A DNA stretch of 61,577 nucleotides, counting the filler, from Platydemus manokwari (taxonomy: Eukaryota), in assembly GCA_037951405.1 (NCBI GenBank). It is 6 parts of 6 records of this genome, joined end to end, with 100 filler letters (N's around TTAATTAATTAA, not from the genome) between each part and the next. Parts side by side here need not be neighbours in the genome. Positions count along the whole stretch, not along the records: positions 28,048 to 43,609 come from JBBMOY011272539.1; positions 43,710 to 52,701 come from JBBMOY011317649.1; 4 more parts are not named here. One strand, given 5' to 3'. The notes below the pieces were generated by a model. That model did not search any database. It had not been told where the DNA came from and saw only the letters and a program-made list of their open reading frames with translations. This document shows, piece by piece, positions 36,700 to 47,700 of the stretch. Each line of letters begins with the position of its first letter. Position 1 is the stretch's first letter. A program made the position numbers and the translations under genes.

Positions 36700-36992
36700 T
36701 ATATGTAGGTTTAATATTTGTCCCGTCTTTAAAAGCGGATCAGTGAGTTTTATATTGTCGACAATCAAAGAGCTTTGAGAAACTCCTAGGCCTAATTTAT
36801 GTATAGGTTTGCAATTGTTATGTGACCTTAAGGTGGTAATTTATAAAGTGCAAAAGTGACACATTTTAAAGGTATTCCCATCTTATCGGAATTTGAAAGG
36901 TAATGTATAGACCCGAAAGATGATGAACTATCTTCGTTGACGGTTAAAGTCAATGGAAGCTCTGATGAAAGACCTTCGTGGTGATGTCAATT
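36700..36992 (+). pseudogene. Degraded 28S rRNA fragment (D3 region)
   Basis: CCCGTCTTTAAAAGCGGATCAGTGAG resembles ACCCGTCTTGAAACACGGACCAAGGAG; GACCCGAAAGATGATGAACTAT resembles GACCCGAAAGATGGTGAACTAT; GGAAGCTCTGATG resembles GGAAACTCTGGTG. Order and spacing are correct. Confidence 0.85.
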
Positions 36993-37691
36993 ACATTTAT
37001 GAAAGAAGAGTACTTTACAGAAAATTTGATAAAACATAGTTTAATTTTAATTGAAAACGAATTAGACCGAAGTAGTACTGACCATATTTTAAAATCTATA
37101 ATGATTAAAATTCAGTGCTCCAACAAAGACCCTTTTGTACTCTAAGAGTTTGTACTCTATAGTTTTACAAAATCAATATTCTTAGATTTAAAATCGATAC
37201 TGTATTATGGTATTTGATTTTAATAAGAATAAATTATTTTTTTAAATACGTTGTTTATTCGCGTTTATTTGGCTTATTTGCGACAACTAGTTATTAATAA
37301 AAGGTAAAACATAATTAACAGTTATTGATAAGGATACCAGAATATGGGGAATAATAATATTATATTATTTTTATTTAGTTTATGCTGAATAAATAGATAA
37401 ATATACCACTCACGATTATTTGAAGTTTGATTTGAAGTAGTAGTAATATGAATATCGATAGATATTGCTAATGGCGACAGAGTTGTAGATCACGGGCATG
37501 TAGAGTCAGTGGACAACAAATATAATAATTAATATTTATCTTAATACTCAATCTTTACAAACATTCTTTTTATTATTTTTGTTACATTAATCTTTTACTT
37601 ATTTATAAAATTTATTTGTAATGTAATTATTTAAAACTTATGACCACAGTCAATAATTTAATTATGTGGTTTCAATTATTATCCTTACTAT

Positions 37692-37734
<43 letters not shown>
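37692..37734. repeat. (TA)n(TG)n compound microsatellite
   Basis: Directly visible. Confidence 0.95.
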
Positions 37735-37736
<2 letters not shown>

Positions 37737-37804
37737 CTGTTTAAATGCGAATATATTTCTAGCTACTTGTTAATAAATAAGCATTAATATTATTTCAAAC
37801 TTAT

Positions 37805-39130
37805 ATGGAATCAAGAGCAGATCTAGAAATAGCTTGATTAATTTTCAAGGAACCAGCTATTTTAAATGTTGAAGATGTGGAAGAATTTCTTTCATCAGTT
37901 GACTAAGCCACGCAAATTCCTGAAAATTTGAAAAGCAAACTTTTATTTAATTACATAGATTCTAGTGTAAATAATTAGATAAAATCTGATTTAAATTACG
38001 CAGGTTATTTAGATTCTATAAAGAAAATTCTTTTTAATATGTACAAGAACAAAGATTCTTAATTTACATCATATGTTGTGATTAGTACACACTATCAATA
38101 ACCGCCGGAGTCAATCAAAGATTTTTCAAAAAGATTTAAAATTTCCGTAGTTGGAATTGATGTGAAAAATAAGGAAGACGGTTTCAAGAAGATCTTCATT
38201 AAAGGGTGCTTAACAAGAGCTTTAAATTTTGGTTAAAGTAATTGAACCACAAGAATATAGATGAAGCCGTCAGGCTTATCAAGGAAGAAACGGATGTCTC
38301 AAAAGCAGAATCTGAAAGTCTGGATATTCCGTGGACTTGAAGCGCATAAACCAGACGAAAAGGACATCTTTGGAAGATTAAAGGTTAAATTAAAAGAATG
38401 CGAAGCTCTTCGAAAATTAAATAGCAAGAGAGATCAATAGTTTGTTTTAAGTGTAAACAAAAAAGTCATTATGCTTGTTTTTATAAGACTATTGAATACT
38501 TAAGATGTTGCGGCCTGCATCTGCAATGACTCTGTCGAACAGATTTCAAGGATGTCAAATATCCTAATATTAATTAAATATTGCAGAAGGAGGCGTCATA
38601 TCAGAAGAGGACAATGTCTCGAGCCTATATACGATTTCGGAGAAATATTGTAATTTGTTGAATATTGATGACTGGGAACAAGTTAAGCCAAGAAAATCTA
38701 GGCACAATCAATACAAATTGGTCAAGGACAATTAGGCACAGTTTGTGAAATGCCAATAAACTATACAAAGTAGAATGTTGACAAATGCTGATACGGTTAT
38801 AACGAACCGAAGAACAGGAAATGCAAAAAATAAAGCAATAGTCGAGTGGAACTTTGAAAATGAAGATACTCTTTGATATTGGACCTGATCTTAATGTAAT
38901 AAGCGAAGATTTATTCAATAGACTAATGAAAAATGAAAATACAATTAAAATGAAGAAATCTCCTAACAGGATTAAAGGTGCAAACGGATGAACAATATGT
39001 TGGGGTACAAAATGAAGTTAAATCAAAATTTTTGTGTTATAAGTATTCGATAAAATATAACGATCGGATTTAGTATAATATAAAGGTATGTTGCAATTTG
39101 GTTCCCAACAGAATCTGTTCAAATCAGATA
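37805..39130 (+). mobile_element. Decayed Ty3/Gypsy gag-protease region
   Basis: Gag-like Q*PPESIKDFSKRF...FIKG; zinc knuckle VCFKCKQKSHYA (about 38440-38475); aspartic protease motif KILFDIGPDLNVISE (about 38863-38907, DTG mutated to DIG); many stops. Confidence 0.7.
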
Positions 39131-39727
39131 CGTAGGAAGTGTTCATATCACTCTCGAGTTATAATAATAATAATATTTAAAATATAATATCGGTAAAATA
39201 TGAGTCTTGCTGAAAATATTAAAATCAATTATTAAATAAACAATTATGATAAAATACGTTTATTAATAATAAATCAAATTTTAATGTATTGTCATTCCCA
39301 AAATATGTATAATTTTTCTCTTGTGATTTTATAATTATAAACGACACGTTATTCATAGCTCATATTTAAAAACCATCATTATCAAACTTTCCTTATTTTG
39401 TTATTGAGAAACTAATTGATGTATAAAATTAGTTTGTATTCTCTGTCAAGTTTTTTTCTTTAATGAAAATCTACGTTTACATAAAAATTATGCATATATT
39501 TTGTTGATATTCTTAAGATTCTTTGTTTATTTTATTTTTCAATGCTATCATATCTTAGATCATATCTTAGTTTTTTTTTATGCAGTCATTTTTTAAATAT
39601 AAGCATAAATTAAATTAAAAAGCAAGATTTAATGCTCTTCCTCATCTAAAATGTCACATTTGCTTAAATTAACATCATCACCATCTTTTTGTAATATTCC
39701 AGCCTTAATAAATCTGTTTTTAGGTGA

Positions 39728-39752
39728 GTCTTATAGTCCGGAAAATACGGTA
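39728..39752 (-). mobile_element. Solitary Tc1/mariner (Tc2/pogo-like) terminal inverted repeat
   Basis: The minus strand reads TA-CCGTATTTTCCGGACTATAAGAC, a typical TA-flanked Tc2-like end; no partner TIR seen. Confidence 0.55.
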
Positions 39753-39895
39753 TATAATATTCGAATCAGTAAATATGATTGGTTAAAACGATTGACTAAA
39801 TCTTAATAAATGCTGTGTGATACCAAGATTCACTAAAACATGCAATTTGAAATTTATTCTTTATTAATCTGTCAACAGATTCGAATTTCTTTTAA

Positions 39896-41778
39896 TCAAA
39901 CTTTATTGCTTCTAATCCACTCTGCCATTTCTAGGCACTTGAATCCTTCCTTTCCAAAGTTAAGGTTATCGAATGTATAACCCAATTCAATCACTTTTGT
40001 GAACAATTGGGCATGCTTAACAATTGGAATAAAACCAACGACATTCGACTCTCGACTGTTTCCAGGTTCTGTTAAATGATTCGGTAGTTGATAAATCGAA
40101 GGCGAGAATATTTGAAACCAACACTAATATAGTTATCGCAAATAAACATTATTTAANNNNNNNNNNNNNNNNNNNNNNNNNNNNNNNNNNNNNNNNNNNN
40201 NNNNNNNNNNNNNNNNNNNNNNNNNNNNNNNNNNNNNNNNNNNNNNNNNNNNNNNNNNNNNNNNNNNNNNNNNNNNNNNNNNNNNNNNNNNNNNNNNNNN
40301 NNNNNNNNNNNNNNNNNNNNNNNNNNNNNNNNNNNNNNNNNNNNNNNNNNNNNNNNNNNNNNNNNNNNNNNNNNNNNNNNNNNNNNNNNNNNNNNNNNNN
40401 NNNNNNNNNNNNNNNNNNNNNNNNNNNNNNNNNNNNNNNNNNNNNNNNNNNNNNNNNNNTGCCAATTATAAAATTACATAAATTTAATGGTTGCAATAAA
40501 AATATTACAAGTCACCTCGATTATTCTTTCGACTTGACCGTGATGAAGAATGAAAAGTGGATCATCAGGTGAAGTTATTGTTGAACTAAATGTACCTCTA
40601 AATAAAGTGTGGACTAGATTATGCATATATGGAGATGTTTCGGCGTCACTTCTTCCACAGAACCCTTCAAGTGCAAGACGGAAAGTTCGACAACCACTCA
40701 TGGAATCGCTCATTTCGTCTTGCAAATAATAACTTTGAATTTCAATAAACATGCATATATTAGAATTGTGACTTCTTACCTGCTACGTAGAAGTGTAAAT
40801 CGTAGATCTTGAGTTACAGGAAACGGATTGCCACTATATCTTCGATTTAAAGGGAAAATGTTTTTTTGAGCTTGACATCCGAAGCAATTATTAGCTGTTT
40901 CGGACTGATAGCAATATTCCGTCCAGTTGTAAAATGGACTATTTGTATCTAACCGCCATACACCATTAGTCAAATCGTAATCGCCAACAGCTCCAACTAA
41001 ATCATTTGTACATACCTTATTAATCAATTAATTAATCTGATTCATATATTAATCAATCGGTCACTTCACATTCCGTTGCATCAAACCAATCCCAATATGG
41101 AATTCCAAAATCCTTCCAATTGAATTCTCGCAAAGCAATCTTAGCTAACTCGCTTTCCCAATACAACATCAGAGCCCGATGCCAAGTACCGAATGATACC
41201 GTAAAATGATTGAAATTCATTCTAGTGTACATGTTACACAATTCATTATTCACTGCGCCTGATCTGATAGCATAATAGTGAATAAATGCTATATGTTGTT
41301 GAACAGTAGCAGGAATAAAAGTAGTTTGACTCGAATCTGAGTCTCCCAAAATCATGAACTCGCTTGGTGTTGAGTAGCTAAGTTGAACGATTTTTACAAA
41401 TCGTTCTTTTTCTGTTTCGTTAAACGATAGAATATTTCGTCTAGTAATTATTTTTCTACGATCACATTTTTCTCCTTCCCAACCATACCAACATTGATCA
41501 CATGCTGGCCCATAGAAGCTTCCTTCGCAACGACACAGTTGTTTGAAAAATTTAATTGGCCAATTTATTCGATCGTCATTAAGTGGAGGGTTTTGCACAG
41601 TGTCTTCATGAACACGGACTGTCTCACATATTCCTCGTCCTGGTCCTCCACAAGGAATGGAAAACCCTTTTGGAATCGGACAACAAATCTTATCAGTTGT
41701 TGTGGCATTGGCAGCACAATCTCGTGGAACAAACGAATGAACATTTGAAAAAATACCAATTAAAATTAGATAAAACAT
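39896..41778 (-). CDS. tyr: Secreted tyrosinase (type-3 copper protein); exons 41778-41065, 41015-40780, 40732-40516, 40123-39896
   Basis: Signal peptide and Cys-rich/EGF N-terminus (CCP...CG...GRGIC...DDRINWP...CRCEGSFYGPACDQC). CuA: HYY...NHFTVSFGTWHR, followed by PYWDW. CuB: MHNLVH...DPLFILHH. C-terminal ELGYTF. In-phase GT-AG introns of 49 and 47 bp; the third intron spans an N gap. Confidence 0.93.
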
Positions 41779-42839
41779 ATTTTAACCCAAAATGATCATA
41801 ATTTATGATAGGCATACTTATAGGTAAAGTTTTACAAATTATGAAGGATTAATAACCCGTTCAATACCCGTATTTTTATATAATTGTTTTGAAAACAATG
41901 AAAATTCAATTTTAAACAATGACAAAATTGGTTTCAATTCGGTTATTTTAACAAATAATTACAAGTTGTACAATATAATTAAAGTCATTTTAATGAACAG
42001 AAACCTAATTCATGAATTGGTGAATTAATTTATAAGACGTTGTTAATATATAAAATCAGAAAAGATTTATGAAACTTCGGAACACATAAAATTGAAAATA
42101 TTGTGAGAAAAATATGAAATATTAATTTTATGGATAAAAGTGAGGAGTTTCTATCTAAAATAAATGATTATATATAATGATTATTATATAAATGATATAT
42201 TTAATAAAAATCGTAAATTTTTAAACCCTTTTCAAACCTTTTAGATATTTCAAGTTTCCATAAATGAGATTTGTTGGCATGGAGTTTGTTTTAGAAAAAG
42301 CCAGGACAGTTCACTAAAGAGGTGAAATTAGAAAAAATTGTCACATTCAATCTAAACTAAACTTCAGCAAGTAGGAAGTTCATGACTTTGTTTCAACACA
42401 TAAAGCAAGAAAAGACAAAGAAATTTATGCTATATATTATCAAATTGCACATACATTGAGAGACTCGAAGCAGCATAGCTTCTATCATCGCACAAAATTA
42501 TTGGAAATATTCTTAACAAGAGTCTAACAACTTTCAACTCTCAGTCACAAAACCGAATAGAATTTGATTAATCAAGCTTCAGTAACCCTTTGACTTACAA
42601 AAAACCGTCACACATGCATTGAATAATTATTTGCATTTATCGAGTACATAACACCTGATAACGATTACTATCAGCATCTCGTGAATTGTATATGAATGCT
42701 AGTCGTTTATCGAATTTACATCAGTCAATTTCCAGATGGCATTCCTGATTTATATTATGATGATAAACAGTACAAGTAATCAATTAATTTTTTTACTTTT
42801 TTAAAAATTTTTAATTTTTTAAGAATTGTATTTTTATAT

Positions 42840-43609
42840 TATACCAACATACCTGAACCGCTATCAATCCACGACTGCGACTTCTCAACACTTGCTTACG
42901 CAGATGACATTGTTATCCTGGCCAACTCCGGCGAAAATATCGAACACAGACTGAACCACATCATCCACGGAACGATTGATATCCAACTCACCATCAATAC
43001 TTCCAAATGTGGCTACTACAGCAGGAACATCAGAAATAGAATAGAACTTACCATTGACGAGGAGTCAGTTCCAATCGTGGACAACGAGAACCTATACAGA
43101 TATCTAGGTGTTCCCTTTGGACTCCCGAAAAGAACACCAATCGACGGCATACTGGACTCCATCACTACTGACTATCAAGCAATAGCAGATTCAAGATTAC
43201 ACCCGTCGCAGAAATTCAGGGCTTATACTATTTTCTTACATCCAAGATTGCCCTACCATTTCCGCATCCAACAAGTCGAGACCACAAAACTCGACTCTAG
43301 GGCTCTAGTCACAACCGAAAATAACGAGCGAATCCAAAGCTTTGACAAGAAAATCAGGCAAATCTCCCGAAAAATACTAAAGATGGATGGTTCCAACTCG
43401 AGCAACAATCAATTCATGTATGCTCCAACAAAATTGGGTGGGCTAGGTATGACGACTGCACTAATGGAGTATTGCATTCAAAGTATCGTGGGAGCTCTTA
43501 GATACCTTACCAGCCCAGACTACGAGTTCAGAACCTTCATGATAAACCACATCATAGACATTGTCAACCACAGAATGATCGACCCAGCCAATCTCGCAAC
43601 CGCTCTTCT
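42840..43609 (+). mobile_element. 5'-truncated non-LTR retrotransposon RT, RLE group (R2/NeSL/R5-like)
   Basis: Open frame from about 42840: LAYADDIVIL (YADD at 42897-42908), INTSKC, YRYLGV, LHPSQK, MYAPTKLGGLG. Abrupt rise in GC; cut by the linker. Confidence 0.9.
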
Positions 43610-43709
43610 NNNNNNNNNNNNNNNNNNNNNNNNNNNNNNNNNNNNNNNNNNNNTTAATTAATTAANNNNNNNNNNNNNNNNNNNNNNNNNNNNNNNNNNN
43701 NNNNNNNNN
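43610..43709. other. Artificial scaffold linker
   Basis: N44-TTAATTAATTAA-N44. Confidence 0.97.
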
Positions 43710-44651
43710 AATTATTTTATAAAAATAAGAAATGATATTATTAATTATATCTGTAATTAACTAACTCGATTTATAATTATAAAAATGTAAATTTTAAAAC
43801 TCAAATAGTCATATAGAAGGGTTGTGATTAGAATATAAACTTGGTTTTAAAATTATCTTTTGTCCTTATTAGACATCCTAAAAAATGAAATATTAACTGA
43901 ATCATTCGAATATATCAAACATGGTAATTATATATAAAATTACGTTATAAAATTATCTCGTGCGTAAAAATTCATTATAACGAAAGCAGGCTAAAGTACC
44001 CCTGTTCTTAACTTAAGCACAAATATTTAACATATTTTCGATTAGTTTTTATTAAGAATGTTTGAGAAAATTAAAACATGTAGGAAAATATGAATTCAAT
44101 AATATCAGAATTCGTGCTTGATGTTGATCTCATTATTTATTATGATAATTATAATAAATATAACGAATACTACCATAATGAGATAATATTTCTAACAAAT
44201 ACATTTGTCGAAAGAAACACTTATAACATTTTAAGCTTCAATTAACATCTGCAGGACAGAACAAGTTTGAACAAACTAATCGTTTATGAATATATTATTT
44301 TATAATATTAACATGAAATTATTTAAAATTATTATTAAAACAAATTGGATGTTTTCCAATCAATCTTATGCAACTGCGATTTATGAAAAAATATCTCAAA
44401 ATAATTATTTTATTATTTATAATTTAAATTTTTTACAACTTTTCATAATATTACACAATAGTCAATGTCAGCAAAATTTTAAACCAAACAATCTGGTGCA
44501 TACTAGAGCAACAATAATAATGCCACTTTATCAGGAATATTCACAACGATCAGAAATTGATCTATTGTGAAACCAAGGAAATGTGGAGCCAATAATCTAT
44601 GAATTCATTGACTAATCCGGTTGGTAACAGAAATGTCATTGGCTAAAGAAG

Positions 44652-44657
44652 TATAAA
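44652..44657 (+). promoter_or_regulatory. Candidate TATA box of the SCO-spondin-like gene
   Basis: TATAAA about 50 bp upstream of the ATG at 44702. Confidence 0.4.
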
Positions 44658-44701
44658 TACGCCCAGACAACCATTGAGATTCATTCTCCCAGTTCATTGA
44701 A

Positions 44702-47700
44702 ATGGGAACCAAATTTCTTGATTCTATGATTTGGAAAATGACTTCTGGTCAAATATTTTTCACCTTATGCGTTTACATGATTCTGACAACCTATGTTGTG
44801 AATTCTTCACGACTCTTAATCGGAGTGAAGCAAAAGTAAAATTTTAAATACCGCGTTTGAATCAATGTAATTTTTAATAATCTAGAACTTCCAATGAACC
44901 CAACAACTGTGTCTATGAATATAAAATTGATACTGAACCATCGCCAGCACCTTGTTCGAATTTTATAGCTATGATGATGAGCAACTACAATTTGGAAGAC
45001 AATTCTGTTCCAATAGCACCAGAATACAAAGATCCGTCTATTCCAATTAGCAAGCAACAATCGCTATCAATGCAGTTATATGTCGGTACTGGTTCAAGCT
45101 ATCCGATGTGTAATTACACGCAGTGAGAAATAGATGATCTATCAATTCTTTTACATTTCGATTTAACATGTTTTACAGGAAAAAAGTAATCAACGAAGAA
45201 GATTGTTGTAGCGGCTATCAGAATTTTCCACATTGCAACATTTGTTATTTTTTCTTTGCCACTTCAAATTTTAAATTAATGTTGGCTCAATTTTTCAGCT
45301 GACTGTTTTACAAAACACGGTGGATGTTCAAATGGCGGAGTATGTAACAGTCCAAACCAATGCACATGTCCACCAAAATATACTGGCATGTTATGTGACG
45401 AACAGATTACTGATGGTAAACATATCTATTAATGGCATCTGTTATATTGATCTCAACTGTCTGTAGAAATCGAAAAGGATACATTCTTACGGTACTGCTA
45501 TCAAACAGGTCAATGTTTTTCACACAAGAAAGCAAATCTAACCGGTCTACGTGTTTCATTTGAAGATTGCTGCAAAGACAAAAGTGGATCATGGGGAAAT
45601 GAAGGGGGACAATGTGTGGCATGTGGTGTTAATGAACAAGGTTATTGTTGAATTATTATTGAAATTCTAAATCAAATTGAATTATATTATTAAAATAGGA
45701 TCTAGAGCCAAAATGGATAGTGTAAAGTATACGACATGCCATAGTTATGGAAAGGACTTTTACAGAACATTCGATAATCAACTATTTTCTTATGAAGGAC
45801 GATGTACATATGATTTATTCACGACAAAAGATTATACGTCACCTTGGGCTGTTAGATTAACCTATGAGAACTGTACATCAAGCTGCAAAAAAGTTAGAAT
45901 TCATGTTCCAGTTGATAGGAAAAATATTCACATGACATAAAAATAATATTTTAATGAATTGCCAAAATCTACTACAATGATTTTAAATACAAAATCGATT
46001 GATTACGAAACAAATGAATCTGAATTTTAGATAGAATAAATTTCGATTAATTTTAAAAGCAAATAGAATCAGTCATATAAGTAATCAATGATATTCGTAA
46101 TATTGGAAAACTTATTGTATACATATTTATTGATTATAATTATAATCGGATAAATTTCTTATTAATATTTTAATTATAATTTATAAATTTGAATTATTAT
46201 AAATAACAATTTGGAACATATTAACACTTTGAAAAAGATTTTTGTTAAAAAAGTAAACTTTTTCAGTTTAATCATTACGAATTTGATGATTTTAGAGAGT
46301 AGTTCTGGTCAATGGTGATACAACAATAATCAGTGATGATGATGGAGTATTTAAACGTAATAATGCATATACCAATTATGAACACTTACAAATTAGCAAC
46401 AAACCATTAGGCTTAACTATACCAGGTAATTTCAATAANNNNNNNNNNNNNNNNNNNNNNNNNNNNNNNNNNNNNNNNNNNNNNNNNNNNNNNNNNNNNN
46501 NNNNNNNNNNNNNNNNNNNNNNNNNNNNNNNNNNNNNNNNNNNNNNNNNNNNNNNNNNNNNNNNNNNNNNNNNNNNNNNNNNNNNNNNNNNNNNNNNNNN
46601 NNNNNNNNNNNNNNNNNNNNNNNNNNNNNNNNNNNNNNNNNNNNNNNNNNNNNNNNNNNNNNNNNNNNNNTTATTATTAGGATCCAATATATATGCATTT
46701 CCACAAGACGAAAAAATAATTTTAATACTGGAAGCAGGTAACTTGATAGTCAAATGGGATAATCATCAAAACATCTATATAACGATGAAATATTCGATGT
46801 ATTCTGGAAAAGTTAGAGGACTATGTGGAAATGCTGATGGTAATAATTTGAATGATTTCTCTGGAGTTGACAATGTGGCTTCTTTTGGCAATCAATTTAA
46901 ATATCCCTCGGTATTTTATTAATATTTTATAATGTGCTTAATCAATGTTTTAATCGTGTTAAATGCCTGTTTAATTTTATTAATTTATACAAATCAGTGT
47001 CCGGATATTGCTAATACGGTACCAGTATGCAGTGGTGAAATAAAAAAATTAGCAAATCGAGAATGCAGTAAAATAAGACTGAAGTTTTCAGGATGTTCGG
47101 CTTTAGTAAGTAGTATTCTTGAATGAAATATCGATTAACGAAAACATGTTTTCAGGAAAATTCTGATCCTTATTTTAAACTGTGTGTGGAAAATCTATGT
47201 CGAAAATCTCAAACTGTCAATTTGACAATGAATAAAGAAAATCTCACGGATATAATATGCACTCATTTGGCCGCATATTCTGAAGCTTGTGCGGAAAAAG
47301 GTTCCTGCATACAGTGGCGAAGTGACACACTTTGTGGTAAATTTTAACAATAATTCATATAAATTGAAATTGATTTGATGATATTTATAATTAAATAGAG
47401 AAAAAATGTTCTGCAAATAAGATCTGGTCAGATTGTGCATTTGAATGTCCAGTGACTTGTCAAAATTTATTTCAAGCTCCAAGCTCATATTGTAAAGCTA
47501 CAAAAGTAGGACGATGTATGTGTAGACCTGGTGAAGTAGAGCATGAAGATAAATGTATTCAACCGAACGAATGTCCGTGCCTTTATGATGGTAAAGAACA
47601 TCCGGCAGGTTCTACTCGTCAATCGGAATGTAATACCTGGTAAACTATATTGAACTATAAGTATCATTGAAATTTTCATCTATTATTAGTGTTTGCAAAT

